DNA of 64,000 nt from an uncultured Desulfarculus sp. (GCA_963665125.2 CAXXUK010000001.1:3360001-3424000); one strand, 5' to 3'; positions 53,116-63,913 are shown, numbered from the stretch's first letter. The notes: a model not told the origin generated them from the letters alone. Made by a program: numbers and translations.

Positions 53116-54450
53116 TTAAATGATGACCGGAGGGGCGCTGTCGTTGGTGTTGGTCCACCAGCCCTCCTTGCGCGCGCCCTTGCGGGCCCTGGCCATGAGC
53201 TTCTGCTTGATCTCGGGCACCAGATCCAGGGCTCTGCGGGGGAGCTGCTTGTGGGCGATGGCCTCGGTAATCATGCGCACCGGTCCGTCGGGGTCTTCGC
53301 CGAAGATCAGCGACGCGGTGCTGATCAGGCCGTTGACGACCTGCATGGCGTAAAGCACGTGGGCGTCGTTTTCCGGATCGTACGTATCAACGGTGTAGGG
53401 GGCGTCTCCGACTGCGGGCGCGGCCTGGCCCTGCTCCTGCGCCGGGGCCTGGCAGATGACCTTGTTGGCCAGCAGGTGAGGCGAAAAGTCGGTCTGGCCC
53501 ATCCTGGCCATGCGGTCCATCTGGTCGGTGAGCCACTTGCCGTATTCGGCGCCGCAGGAATCGGCCGTCTGGCGGGCCTTGTTGAAGTCGGGCCAGTTGG
53601 GGTGTTCCCAGCGGGGCCCGAATCCGATAAAGAACGTGCTCAGGCTGCCGGTGCGGCTGCGGCGCTGGCGGTCCCACAGGTCGCTGAATACCTTGGTGCG
53701 CTCGTACCAGGGCTTGCCCCTATAGGCGCTGTTGCAGGTGCTTTCCAGGCGGCCTTCCTCGTAGGATTCGTCCGGGGTCAGGCGCGGCGGCGCATAAGCC
53801 CCGCTTTGTTGGGATGAAACCGGCTCCGGTGTTTGGAATTGCCGTGGCTCCGGCACCGGAGGAGGAGGAGGAGGCGCATAAACTATCTGGGGCTGGGGCA
53901 CGACAACCGTCTGCTCCCGCTCAATGGGCAGGAAATCACTCAGGGCCTGTCTGACGGCACGGCTGAGCTGAGCGGGCGTAACGCCCTTTGTCTGACCGTC
54001 CAAGTGGGCCATCAAGGTGCCCAAGAACGCTCCCAATAGGCCCCTGGCTTCCAGGATGGACGCGGGTGGAGCCGTGGGGTCGTTGGACTGCTGGTGAATC
54101 GGCTCGTCGGCCTGCCTGGCCGCAGTCTTGGCCTCCAGGCGCTGGGCCACTCTGAGCCCCAGGGCCGTGGGCGTGATCCGTAGCGGCCGGCCAGGCCCGC
54201 GCTTTTCCAGGCGTAAAAGGCCGTCGGCCTCCAGGCCGCGCAGGTGACGGTTCATGAGCTGCTGGCTGATCTCCAAATCCTCGCGCAATTTCCTGCTGGA
54301 AATCACGCCGTGATTCTTGGCCGTTTCCACGGCATAGCACAACACCCGCTCCCTGGTCTCGCCGAGCCTGGGCTGGTTGGCGGCGACCCAGTCATCAATA
54401 CTGACCATGGTCTCCGGTCCGCCATTGGGGTTGTGTCTATTATCCGTCAT
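53116..54450 (-). CDS. Hypothetical protein with N-terminal winged HTH and Pro-rich linker
   Basis: SRKLREDLEISQQLMNRHLRGLEADGLL wHTH. Confidence 0.7.
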   Translation of the reverse strand: MTDNRHNPNGGPETMVSIDDWVAANQPRLGETRERVLCYAVETAKNHGVISSRKLREDLEISQQLMNRHLRGLEADGLLRLEKRGPGRPLRITPTALGLRVAQRLEAKTAARQADEPIHQQSNDPTAPPASILEARGLLGAFLGTLMAHLDGQTKGVTPAQLSRAVRQALSDFLPIEREQTVVVPQPQIVYAPPPPPPVPEPRQFQTPEPVSSQQSGAYAPPRLTPDESYEEGRLESTCNSAYRGKPWYERTKVFSDLWDRQRRSRTGSLSTFFIGFGPRWEHPNWPDFNKARQTADSCGAEYGKWLTDQMDRMARMGQTDFSPHLLANKVICQAPAQEQGQAAPAVGDAPYTVDTYDPENDAHVLYAMQVVNGLISTASLIFGEDPDGPVRMITEAIAHKQLPRRALDLVPEIKQKLMARARKGARKEGWWTNTNDSAPPVII

Positions 54451-54570
54451 CGCGATCAAACCGTCTTAACTCTTTTCACAAAAACAAGCGTTGCACTTTT
54501 GACGCTCATGTATATTATCGCCATCTTTAATAAAATTACAACCGTTCTTTTTTAGCGAACTGTGAATAAT

Positions 54571-54969
54571 TTATGACAGTTCCACCGTCAATTTTCCGCC
54601 GTCATTGTTTACCGCAAATCTTTTAACGTCCTTTTTTGCCGATCCGCCCAGCAAATGGCCTTGGGCGTCAAAGGTGGATTTGCCCACACTGCAACATTGC
54701 ACCTTGGCGCCGCCGTCAACAGGATCGAGCCGGCGCCCGCCATGGGTGCACCGGTTGGATAATGCATGAAACTGCCCGTTATCATCGACGAAAACCAAAA
54801 CACGCTCCGGCAGGGCTCCGCCCTCAAGCCGGACCGCGCCTCCGGGCCGCGCCAGTTCCGGGGCCTGGGCCAGGTCTATTTCCAGACTTTGCCCGTTAAC
54901 GGTCCAACACCCGGGTTCCGCCGGGGGCTTGGTCTGGCAGATGCCAAAAATCCTGCTAAATATGCCCAT
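54571..54969 (-). CDS. Rieske-like 2Fe-2S protein, atypical second motif
   Basis: FHALSNRCTHGG...L; VQCCSVGKSTFD..G. Confidence 0.75.
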   Translation of the reverse strand: MGIFSRIFGICQTKPPAEPGCWTVNGQSLEIDLAQAPELARPGGAVRLEGGALPERVLVFVDDNGQFHALSNRCTHGGRRLDPVDGGAKVQCCSVGKSTFDAQGHLLGGSAKKDVKRFAVNNDGGKLTVELS

Positions 54970-55016
54970 ATTTGTCTCCCTGCCTAAAAATATGCAAGAA
55001 ACAGGCCTAATGCGGA

Positions 55017-55901
55017 TTAATTGATGCCGGATAAAAGCGCCCGGTGATGACGGGCCATCTCATTGACGAGCTGCCGAATCAGCCGGGATGTTTTCTTTTC
55101 CATATTGCGGAATTGAAGCACCGTGGCCGTTACCTTGTCGGTGAGGGCCTCGTTGCGCAGGACCTTGCCCCGGAGAGGAATCGTGGCCGTGGTGGTGCAC
55201 ATGGCCACGTCAACCCTTGTTCCCGGCGCGAACTCCATCCATTCCGGATGGCTGAAGCGCAGTCCGCCGGGGGATACGTCCAATAGCGTCAGTTGCTGGC
55301 CGTCGGGCCACAAACGCAGGCTGAGGTCCATGTCGGGCGTTGGTTCCACCCGCTGGGCAATGCGGGCCGAACTGGGGTTGAGTTTTTGGGGAGGGTTGAA
55401 AACGAGCACGTTTTCCTTGAAGTCCTCACCAAGCTGATAATCTTCGATGATATCCATTACCGGCGTGCTGTAACCCACCCGCAGCCAGCGCCCTCCGCGC
55501 TTGCCGGGATAATAGTTCAGAAAAGTCAACTCAATGGTCTTGCCGATCTGGGAATGCAGGACCGGCGGCGATGTCTGGCCTATGAGCAGCCTGCCCTTTT
55601 CATCTATTTCATGGATTATGCTGGCCCGGACATCCATTTCATCGGTGGACCAGTCCAGCTCCATCACTATATCGACAAGCTGGCGCAGGCGGATGCTGCG
55701 CATGAACATTTCCTTTTGGGTGGGCGGTGTCTCCTCGCTGTCGTCGATCAGGCGCACCGGCCGGGCCAGGGGGCGTGTTTCAATGCCCATGTCCTGCTCG
55801 AAATGCAAAAGCGGGCCGGGCTCCACATAGCCCTCTTCCCGGTCTTTTTCCTTCCGGTCCGGCCTTTTGGGGCCGCCTTGGCTGAAGCCTCCCATACGCA
55901 T
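55017..55901 (-). CDS. PilZ-domain protein
   Basis: RIAQR (RxxxR) and DVSPGG (DxSxxG). Confidence 0.8.
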   Translation of the reverse strand: MRMGGFSQGGPKRPDRKEKDREEGYVEPGPLLHFEQDMGIETRPLARPVRLIDDSEETPPTQKEMFMRSIRLRQLVDIVMELDWSTDEMDVRASIIHEIDEKGRLLIGQTSPPVLHSQIGKTIELTFLNYYPGKRGGRWLRVGYSTPVMDIIEDYQLGEDFKENVLVFNPPQKLNPSSARIAQRVEPTPDMDLSLRLWPDGQQLTLLDVSPGGLRFSHPEWMEFAPGTRVDVAMCTTTATIPLRGKVLRNEALTDKVTATVLQFRNMEKKTSRLIRQLVNEMARHHRALLSGIN

Positions 55902-56002
55902 GGTGAATACCCCCTGATAGTTACGCGGTGAGTTAGTATAACAATTTTTTAACTATGATCACAGACTGTTGCGTAACGGGATTATGGAAAAGCACCCAAG
56001 GC

Positions 56003-56449
56003 TTATATATTTTTGGTTAACCAGCGGTCCAGGGCGGCGGCGAACTTGTCCCGGTCCTTGCGGGAATACGGCGGCGGTCCGCCTATTTCCTGGCCTGTCT
56101 CGCGCAGGCCCATCAGGAAATCACGCATGGACAAGCGCTCTCTCACGTTTTCGGCGGTGTAGGTCTCGCCCCTTGGATTCATGGCATGGGCGCCAAGGTC
56201 CACGATCTGGGCCGCCAGGGGCAGATCGGCGGTGATGACAAGGTCTCCCGGGGCGGCGTTGTCCACAATGTAGTTGTCGGCGCTGTCCATATCCCGGGGC
56301 ACCACCACCGAGGAAATCAGGCGCGACCTTTCGGGGGCCAGGGGCCTATCGGCCACCATCACCACAGCCAGCTTGAGCCTGGCCGAGGCCCTGAAAACCA
56401 GGTCCTTGGCCGCCCGGGGGCAGGCATCGGCGTCGATCCAAATTTGCAA
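56003..56449 (-). CDS. YaiI/YqxD (UPF0178) family protein
   Basis: IWIDADACP; DSADNYI; GDLVITADLPLA; TTG start after AGGAG. Confidence 0.9.
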   Translation of the reverse strand: MQIWIDADACPRAAKDLVFRASARLKLAVVMVADRPLAPERSRLISSVVVPRDMDSADNYIVDNAAPGDLVITADLPLAAQIVDLGAHAMNPRGETYTAENVRERLSMRDFLMGLRETGQEIGGPPPYSRKDRDKFAAALDRWLTKNI

Positions 56450-56518
56450 TGTCTTCTCCTGATAATAAAAGGGGCAGCCCGCAGGCCGCCCCAAGCTTGC
56501 AATCGGCCCGCCGGGGTC

Positions 56519-57802
56519 CTACAGCGAAGCAAGGGCCTCGCTGACGGCGGTAAGGGTCTGGTCGATGGCCGCCTCGTCGTGGGCCAGGGAGACGAATGTG
56601 CATTCAAACTGGCTGGGCGCCAGATAGATGCCCCGGTCCAATACGGCCCGGTAGAAACGGGCGAACAACTCGGTGTCGCTCTTGGCCGCCTGCTGGTAGT
56701 CGGTCACCGGACCATCCTGGAAGAAAAAGCACATCATCGAGCCGCAGCGCTGGCCGTAGTGGGCAAAGCCCTTTGAGCTGTAGAGCCCCTCAAGGCCGTC
56801 GTAGAGCATCTTGCCCAGTTCTTCCAGCCGGTCATAGACCGCCGCGCCGCTCAACAGCTCCAACACCGCCAGGCCAGCGGCCGTGGCCAGGGGATTGCCC
56901 GAAAGCGTACCGGCCTGGTAGACCTGGCCCAGCGGGGCGACGTGATCCATGATCTCGGCCTTGCCGCCGAACGCGCCCATGGGCAGTCCGCCGCCGATGA
57001 TCTTGCCCATGGTGGTCAGATCGGGCATCACCCCGAAAAGCCCCTGGGCGCTGTTCCAGCCCACCCGGAAGCCGGTGATGACTTCATCGAAGATCAGCAC
57101 CACGCCGTATTTGTCGCACAGGTCCCTGAGACCCTGGAGATAGCCCTCGGCGGGCAGGATTACGCCCATATTCCCGGCGATTGGCTCCAGGATCACGGCG
57201 GCGATTTCATCGCCCCTGGCCTTGAACAGGTCCTCGACAGACCCCAGGTCGTTGTAGGGCAGCGAAATGGTGGCCTGGGCCATGCCCGCGGGCACGCCGG
57301 GGCACGCCGGGATGCCCAGGGTGGCCAGCCCGGAGCCGGCCGAAACCAAAAGGCCGTCCGAGTGGCCGTGGTAGCAGCCGTCGAACTTGACGATGACGTC
57401 GCGGCCGGTATAGCCCCTGGCCAGGCGCAGGGCGCTCATGGTCGCCTCGGTGCCGCTGCTGACCAGACGCACTTTTTCCAGGGAGGGCACGGCCTTGCAC
57501 AATTCCTCGGCCAGGATCACTTCGCTCTCGGTGGGGGCGCCGTAGCTGGTGCCTTTTTCGGCCGCCGCCTTTATGGCCTCGATAACGTCCTGCTGGGCGT
57601 GACCCAGGATCATGGGGCCCCATGAACCGACATAATCAATATAGCGGTTGCCGTCGGCATCCTTGATGTAGCAACCCTGGGCCCGGCGGATAAACGGGGG
57701 AATCAAACCGACCGACTTCATGGCCCGCACCGGGCTGTTGACACCGCCCGGTATGACTTGCTGGGCCCGCTCCCAAAGAACCTGCGACCGGTTAGTTGCC
57801 AT
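56519..57802 (-). CDS. hemL: Glutamate-1-semialdehyde 2,1-aminomutase
   Basis: PGGVNSPVRA; SGTEATMSA; DEVITGFR; GKIIGGGLP; QAGTLSGNP. Confidence 0.97.
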   Translation of the reverse strand: MATNRSQVLWERAQQVIPGGVNSPVRAMKSVGLIPPFIRRAQGCYIKDADGNRYIDYVGSWGPMILGHAQQDVIEAIKAAAEKGTSYGAPTESEVILAEELCKAVPSLEKVRLVSSGTEATMSALRLARGYTGRDVIVKFDGCYHGHSDGLLVSAGSGLATLGIPACPGVPAGMAQATISLPYNDLGSVEDLFKARGDEIAAVILEPIAGNMGVILPAEGYLQGLRDLCDKYGVVLIFDEVITGFRVGWNSAQGLFGVMPDLTTMGKIIGGGLPMGAFGGKAEIMDHVAPLGQVYQAGTLSGNPLATAAGLAVLELLSGAAVYDRLEELGKMLYDGLEGLYSSKGFAHYGQRCGSMMCFFFQDGPVTDYQQAAKSDTELFARFYRAVLDRGIYLAPSQFECTFVSLAHDEAAIDQTLTAVSEALASL

Positions 57803-58286
57803 GGACCTCTCCCTCCTCGGTAAAATAGCGCATGGAGGTCTTTTTCAACTCCTCCATTGAAAAAAGCAGATCGTGCTGGGGGTTGCCCACAGATTGGGCC
57901 ATTTCCTCAATTATCGCCCTGCATTCATCCTCGCTGCGGCCATGCACCATGGTAAAGACATTGTAGCTAAAGCCGTCGCAGGGATGCCGGTGATATGCAT
58001 GACTGACGTTTCTGAACCCGGCAAGCTTACGTCCAACCTCGCTGATTTGTCCTTCCGGCACATTCCAGGCCACCATCACATTGCAGGAAAATCCGGATTG
58101 CTGGTGACGCAGGGTGGCGCCGAAGCGCCGCATGATTTTTTCATCCGCCAGCCGCTGAATACGGCGGACCACCTCTTGTTCGCTGATGCCCAGATCAGCC
58201 GCAATGCCCTCGAACGGCCTGGACACCAGGGGCAAGTCGCCCTGCAATCGGGCGATCAGCTTTCTGTCGATTTTATCGAAATTCAT
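57792..58286 (-). CDS. ahbB: Siroheme decarboxylase beta subunit (AhbB/NirH-like, Lrp/AsnC fold)
   Basis: LQGDLPLVSRPF; RRFGATLRH; NVMVAW; SHAY; FTMVHG; ELKKTSM; coupled to hemL. Confidence 0.82.
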   Translation of the reverse strand: MNFDKIDRKLIARLQGDLPLVSRPFEGIAADLGISEQEVVRRIQRLADEKIMRRFGATLRHQQSGFSCNVMVAWNVPEGQISEVGRKLAGFRNVSHAYHRHPCDGFSYNVFTMVHGRSEDECRAIIEEMAQSVGNPQHDLLFSMEELKKTSMRYFTEEGEVHGN

Positions 58287-58425
58287 GTTAAAAGCCACGG
58301 TTACACAAATTCTAGATTTGCCGGGCCGGGTATGTCAAGATTACTGCCGCCCCCGCTGATGGACCTTCATTCATAGCCTATAAAATCTTCAGATGCAAAC
58401 AGAGGAACAGGCCCTGACACGATTG

Positions 58426-61263
58426 TCACGCGGCATCGAACATCTGGTTAATTACCTTTTCCAGTTCGGTCAGGCTGTATGGCTTTGACAATGTAAATAT
58501 GTGCGGGTCCCGCAGGATATCCTGATCGGACTGCGAGTTGAGATCACCGCTTACGATGAGGATCGGTTTACGACAACCCTTGTTGCGCAGCTGCCGCACG
58601 GCCCATCCCCCGCCCCTGCCGGGCATGTTCAGGTCCATGACAATGGCCGAAATTTCCCCTTCGTGCCGGCGGTAAACATCCAGGGCGATCTCACCCTTGG
58701 GCGCGCTGAGCACCTGATAATTGGATTCGCTTAAAAATTCCGTGGTGCTCTCAATTATGGACGCCTCGTCATCAACCAGCAAAATGGTGCGTCCGTGGCC
58801 ATCGGGCCGGCGGTTGTCCGCCTCATAAACCGGCAGCACGGCCTTCAGGCCCGGACTGGCCGGCAGATAGACCTCAAAGGTGGTGCCCCAGCCGGGCTGA
58901 CTATAGACGACGATGTTGCCTTTATGGCTTTGAACGATGCCGTAAACCATGGCCAGGCCCAGGCCCGTGCCCTTGCCGACCTGTTTGCTGGTGTAAAACG
59001 GCTCGAAAATATGCTTGATCACCTGGTCGTCCATGCCGTGGCCCGTATCCGTAACGGTGATTTTGCAATATTTTCCAGGTACGGCCGAAACATTGGTGCC
59101 GCAAAAATCGTCGCCAAGCTCGATATTTTCGGTGCTAATGAACAGGCGCCCCCCGTCGGGCATGGCATCGGCGGCATTTCTGCATAGGTTCAGCAACACC
59201 TGGCCTATTTGGGTGCTGTCTGCCATTACCGGCCACAGATCCTCGCCGGCCTGCTGTTCAACCTGGATCATTTTGGGTATGGTCCGTCGCAGCAGTTCAA
59301 CCACCCTCTCTACTTCACGATTCAGATCAATGGGCTCCATTTCCGGCTCAACCTGCCGGGAGAAGGTCAACAGCCGCCGGGTCAACTCCGCGGCACGGCG
59401 GGACTCTTCCTCGACCATGTTCAGGTAGTGCATGACCTGGGTGTCATGGCCACTGCGCCGTTTGACCAGTTGCACGTATCCCCTGACCGCCTGGAGAATA
59501 TTATTGAAGTCATGAGCCACCCCGCCGGCCAGGGTGCCGACCGTTTCCAGGCTCTGGGCCTGGCGCAATTGCAGTTCCAGTTTTTTTCGCTTGGTTATGT
59601 CCAGGATAATGGTCCGGTAACCCTCGATCTTGTCGTCGTTGACAATGGCGTTGATATACAAGGCCACCGAAACCATCAAACCGTCATTGCGCCGGGCCAT
59701 GACCTCAAGGCCGTTGATGCTTTCATTGCGCTTTACGCTTTTCATGGCCTCAATGACCTTGTCCCGTTGGGATCCGGAAACGGTATCAAGAATATTGACC
59801 GGCTTGATCAACTTTTTACGGTCATAACCGAACACCTTGAAACTGGAGCGGTTGGCATAGGTGACAAGGCCGTCGGTGTCGGTTTCCAACACCGGTTCTG
59901 GCAGCAGGTCGGCCAGGCTGCGAAAACGCCTCTCGCTATTACGCAGGGCCTGCTCTGCCAGCTGGCGCTGCCTGTTTTCGTGCTCAATGGCCAGATTTTG
60001 CTCGGTTAAGGCGGCGCGTTGCCTTTCCAGGGTTTGGAATGCTTTTTTGTTTCGGTAGGAAAGCATGGCCGCCTGGGCGAAAATGAAAACCACCAACCCC
60101 AAAGGCAATAGATAAATGGACCGGATGACCGTCTGGGCCACCAGGATGTCATGTACGGCCAGTGTGGCCAGGGCGGCGAATCCCCATAGCAGGGCCCGTG
60201 CGCCATCGCGTCCGCGGAGCCGGGCAACCCACAGCCTTTGGATCATATAAACCATGCTCACGGCGGTGGCCGGATAAAACGCCAGGGTCGTGTAGCTGAA
60301 AAACACCGACGACGTGCCAAGCACGACGGCGCATAAAACCAAATTGAACCCCACAATGATGTTTCTAGCGACCTTGTGGATTTCCGCCGGATAAAGACTC
60401 TTTAAAAACAAGACAAATGACGGCGGGCTCAGGAATATGGTCAGATATTCAATTCGCTTGAGCAGGAACCAATCTATATCCGGCAGCAGCAGGCGCAGCA
60501 ACTTGTCGTCGGTGACCAGCACGCGAAGGCTGATCAACAGGCAAAACACGCCAAAATAAAAAAAAGAACGGTCATTACGGCTCATGATGAAGACTATGAG
60601 GTGATAGATGCCGATGATCATCAACGCGCCGGACAACAGGCCGGCCCAAAGCAGCGCATTGCCCCACATCTCCAGGATGCTGGCGGCACGGCCAAGATAG
60701 ATTCCCCGCCACATGCCGCCCAGACGGTGGTCATAGTTTGAAACCTGCACGACAAGTTCTAGACGATCGGCCTTGGACTCAAAAAAAACAACCCCGGGAT
60801 CGGTTCCCGGCCTGGACTCGCCCTCCACGCCGGGCCGCCCGGCCTGGTAGATCAGTTCACCATTGGCGAACACTCTCATGGCCGTTCCGGCGTCTTCCAG
60901 GCGCAGCCCCAGCTTTCCGGAGTTGGGCGGTATTTCGACTAAAAGCCTGTAGGTGGCCATGCCGTGGGAACCGACTCTGCCGCCGGGCAGTTCCTGGCCG
61001 TTCCATACGCCGGGCACATTTATAAAGTTGTCCGTTGTCGGCTTGATTTGCGCTTTAAAATCCGAAGGCGTCAACAGCCGGGACCAGTAGAACTCCCACA
61101 CACCATTTAAAGGTATGGGACCATCCACCTGGGGCTGCCAAAGGCGCAGGTCAATATGCCCCTTGTCGGCCTGCGGGGGGTGAGCCAATGAATATGACCC
61201 AATGCCCATAAAGCAACCAAGGCAAAGCGCCAGGGTTAGCAAGATGATGGAAAGAATTTTCAA
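58426..61263 (-). CDS. Hybrid histidine kinase with 7TM-DISM-like sensor, PAS and REC
   Basis: PIPLNGVWEFYW; 7 TM; GGVAHDFNNIL; GKGTGLGL; LLVDDE. Confidence 0.9.
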   Translation of the reverse strand: MKILSIILLTLALCLGCFMGIGSYSLAHPPQADKGHIDLRLWQPQVDGPIPLNGVWEFYWSRLLTPSDFKAQIKPTTDNFINVPGVWNGQELPGGRVGSHGMATYRLLVEIPPNSGKLGLRLEDAGTAMRVFANGELIYQAGRPGVEGESRPGTDPGVVFFESKADRLELVVQVSNYDHRLGGMWRGIYLGRAASILEMWGNALLWAGLLSGALMIIGIYHLIVFIMSRNDRSFFYFGVFCLLISLRVLVTDDKLLRLLLPDIDWFLLKRIEYLTIFLSPPSFVLFLKSLYPAEIHKVARNIIVGFNLVLCAVVLGTSSVFFSYTTLAFYPATAVSMVYMIQRLWVARLRGRDGARALLWGFAALATLAVHDILVAQTVIRSIYLLPLGLVVFIFAQAAMLSYRNKKAFQTLERQRAALTEQNLAIEHENRQRQLAEQALRNSERRFRSLADLLPEPVLETDTDGLVTYANRSSFKVFGYDRKKLIKPVNILDTVSGSQRDKVIEAMKSVKRNESINGLEVMARRNDGLMVSVALYINAIVNDDKIEGYRTIILDITKRKKLELQLRQAQSLETVGTLAGGVAHDFNNILQAVRGYVQLVKRRSGHDTQVMHYLNMVEEESRRAAELTRRLLTFSRQVEPEMEPIDLNREVERVVELLRRTIPKMIQVEQQAGEDLWPVMADSTQIGQVLLNLCRNAADAMPDGGRLFISTENIELGDDFCGTNVSAVPGKYCKITVTDTGHGMDDQVIKHIFEPFYTSKQVGKGTGLGLAMVYGIVQSHKGNIVVYSQPGWGTTFEVYLPASPGLKAVLPVYEADNRRPDGHGRTILLVDDEASIIESTTEFLSESNYQVLSAPKGEIALDVYRRHEGEISAIVMDLNMPGRGGGWAVRQLRNKGCRKPILIVSGDLNSQSDQDILRDPHIFTLSKPYSLTELEKVINQMFDAA

Positions 61264-61673
61264 CCGCTGCCTCGGGCAAAGATGGTGTTATCGATATCGA
61301 TAAGTCATGGACAGCACACAATTGGCCTGAAACCAAATTTTAATATATGCCATAATTTTGTCAAAGCCTGGGCAGGTCTTTGGAGGGTTATCATTCCCTT
61401 GTCCGGCAATATGTATAATTTTTTACAGTTGGTCAATAGATTACGTATTAATTTAAATGGACATTTTCGCCTGTAGCTAGTTAACATGTTTAAAATTAAT
61501 AATAAACCCCTATTAAATTATGTACGTTTTTGCCCTGCCGCCAGGCGGTTTTGCTTCCGGCCCGGCATGTTCCACTATTCCAAACAGCGGCATTTCCCGG
61601 TAAATATGCCTTGTGCGCCCAAACGGTCACCTTAACGCAATGAAAATGTAATTATATTGTCTGGAGTGAGACC

Positions 61674-62444
61674 ATGGCAGCAATATTCAATAATACCGGA
61701 CGGCCCATGAGGGTGGCCGCGTTCATGAGCGGCAGCGGCAGCAACATCCGCCGCCTGCTGGAGATTGACAGCCTCCTTTTCGAAATCGTTTTCATTTTCA
61801 GCGACCGTGCAGACGGAAAAAGCAACGGCGAAAAAATCGCCCATGAATACAGTCTGCCGTACTTTGCCTATGATATCCGCCGCTTTCATGAGCAACGCCA
61901 ACTTCAGCGTAGCGTGGCCACCAGCCATGGTCTGGCGGCCCGGCGGGAATATGACCAGGTTGCGGCCAAACTCATCGAAGCCTTCAAAGTCGATGTCATC
62001 GCCCTGGGCGGGTATATGAGTTTTCTGACCCTGCCCAGGGCCGTAAACGTCCATCCTGCCGATTTGTCCCTGGTCAATGCCGACGGCTCGCGGACATTCG
62101 TGGGCGACGACGCGGTGTTCGACGCCATAGCCGCAGGCCGGACCGAACTCCGCTCATCTACTTTATGGACCGATGCGGGCGTGGATTCCGGACCCCTGCT
62201 CATGGTCTCCGATCCCTTGCTCGTGGAACTGCCAGCGCCTCTTGATGAGCTCAAGGCCGACCCCGAGCTTCTGCGCCGGGTTGCCGACGAGCACCAGGAA
62301 CGTCTCAAGGAGGCCGGAGACTGGGTTGTCTTTCCAAAGACCGTGGAATTGATCGCCCAGGGCCGCCTGGGCCTTGACGACTCGGGCGTGGTCACCCTGG
62401 ACGGCAAGGCCTATCCGGCCGGTGTCAGGCCTTCGGACATCTGA
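61674..62444 (+). CDS. PurN-like formyltransferase
   Basis: AAFMSGSGSN; NVHPADL; GVDSGP. Confidence 0.78.
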   Translation: MAAIFNNTGRPMRVAAFMSGSGSNIRRLLEIDSLLFEIVFIFSDRADGKSNGEKIAHEYSLPYFAYDIRRFHEQRQLQRSVATSHGLAARREYDQVAAKLIEAFKVDVIALGGYMSFLTLPRAVNVHPADLSLVNADGSRTFVGDDAVFDAIAAGRTELRSSTLWTDAGVDSGPLLMVSDPLLVELPAPLDELKADPELLRRVADEHQERLKEAGDWVVFPKTVELIAQGRLGLDDSGVVTLDGKAYPAGVRPSDI

Positions 62445-62447
62445 GGT

Positions 62448-62927
62448 ATGAACGCCCCGACTCCACGAGAACTGGCCGACGCCGATGAACGGTTCATGGC
62501 CCTGGCCCTGCGCCTGGCCCGGCGGGCCGCCCGCATGGGCGAGGTGCCCATAGGAGCGGTGATCGCCGACCCAACGGGACGGGTCGTCGCGGCCACGGGC
62601 AACCGCACCATCACCAACACCGACCCCACGGCCCACGCGGAGATGCTGGCAATGCGCATGGCCGCCCAAGCCCTGGGCAACTACCGCCTTGGCGGATGCA
62701 CCCTATACGTGACTTTGGAGCCTTGCCCCATGTGCGCCGGGGCCCTGGTTTGGGCCCGGATAAAGCGGGTGGTTTTCGGCGCGTCAGACCCTAAGGCCGG
62801 GGCTCTTGGTTCGGTGATGGACATCGCCGCCCAGCAGAGCCTTAACCACAGGCCGCTGGTTCAGGGTGGGTTTTTGGCCGATCAGGCAGCGGCGCTTTTG
62901 AAAGAGTTTTTCGCAGTCCGCCGCTAA
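62448..62927 (+). CDS. tadA: tRNA adenosine-34 deaminase
   Basis: GEVPIGA; DPTAHAE; TLEPCPMCAGA; DPKAGA. Confidence 0.93.
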   Translation: MNAPTPRELADADERFMALALRLARRAARMGEVPIGAVIADPTGRVVAATGNRTITNTDPTAHAEMLAMRMAAQALGNYRLGGCTLYVTLEPCPMCAGALVWARIKRVVFGASDPKAGALGSVMDIAAQQSLNHRPLVQGGFLADQAAALLKEFFAVRR

Positions 62928-62940
62928 GGATCAAACCCAC

Positions 62941-62969
62941 TTGTCAGGCGGACAAAGTGCCGGTATGCT
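62941..62969 (+). promoter_or_regulatory. Sigma-70 promoter of the tRNA
   Basis: TTGTCA-N17-TATGCT. Confidence 0.6.
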
Positions 62970-62981
62970 ACACAACGTTGC

Positions 62982-63077
62982 GGAGAGGTACCGAAGTCCG
63001 GTCGTAACGGGCCCGACTCGAAATCGGGTTGGCGGCTAATAACCGTCACGTGGGTTCGAATCCCACCCTCTCCGCCA
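62982..63077 (+). tRNA. tRNA-Ser(CGA)
   Basis: GGAGAGG...CCCGA-CTCGAAA-TCGGG, long variable arm, GGTTCGAATCC, CCA end. Confidence 0.96.
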
Positions 63078-63168
63078 TCGTTTTTTATCCCCCTGTAATA
63101 ATTGTAAATAGCCGATAATACGAGCTTTGTTCTTCTCACTGTTACAGTAAAGTGTTACATTGAGGGGC

Positions 63169-63913
63169 ATGAGAACAGTGTCAGGACATACTCGTTTGTA
63201 TCGCCGTGGATCGGTCTATTATCATCGTGCGGCCATTCCCGCCGACATCAAAACTACCTACCCAAAACGTGAAGAAACGTTTTCCCTGAAGACCACTGAT
63301 TACCACGAGGCCTTGCGGCGAGTTCGTGTCGCGGCAGTAGAGGTTGATCAGCGTTTTGAGGCCCATCGCCAATTCCTGAAAACGGAGCCTCTGGAAGTGG
63401 TTTGGGAACTGACCGCTGAACAAATCAAGCAGTTGGGGCAAGTGTATTATGCCTATCTATTAGAAGAAGACGAGGGCACTCGCTTATTAGGCTTTAGCAA
63501 TGGGGAACGTTATGATCTGGCGGATTTTGGGGAGGGTAAAGATGCCATCCCAAAAGATGATCCACGCTTTCTGCCTAGAAAAACCTTCGAGGAATTTACC
63601 GAGGACGGCGTATCGGCGGACCAGACGACCCGCTATTACAACGCTCGTGGCGAGGTAGATGAGTTCTACTACGATGAATCTAACATCTTCCTGGGAGATG
63701 CAGGTATCAACCTGCATCCCGACTCTCCAAGCCGCACCAGGCTGGCCAGAGAACTTCAGGCGGCAACAATTCGCGCCCATCTGGCGATAAAACAGCGTAA
63801 TCTTGGCGATGTGGTAGAGACCCCCGTAGTGATCCAGCCAGCATCCGCCAGCAACGCACCCATAGTGTCTAAAGTCATGGAGGAATGGATCGACGAGAAG
63901 CGCCGCACCACTT
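63169..63913 (+). pseudogene. N-terminal part of a DUF6538-type (tyrosine integrase-associated) gene, interrupted at about 63914
   Basis: Frame missing from the ORF track, translated by hand: MRTVSGHTRLYRRGSVYYHRAAIPADIK...FSLKTTDYHEA; directly downstream of the tRNA; lower GC. Confidence 0.7.

Noticed and set aside
61270..61670. AT-rich intergenic region as an ncRNA or origin
   Set aside because: Lies between divergent genes; no DnaA-box cluster or stable structure recognised
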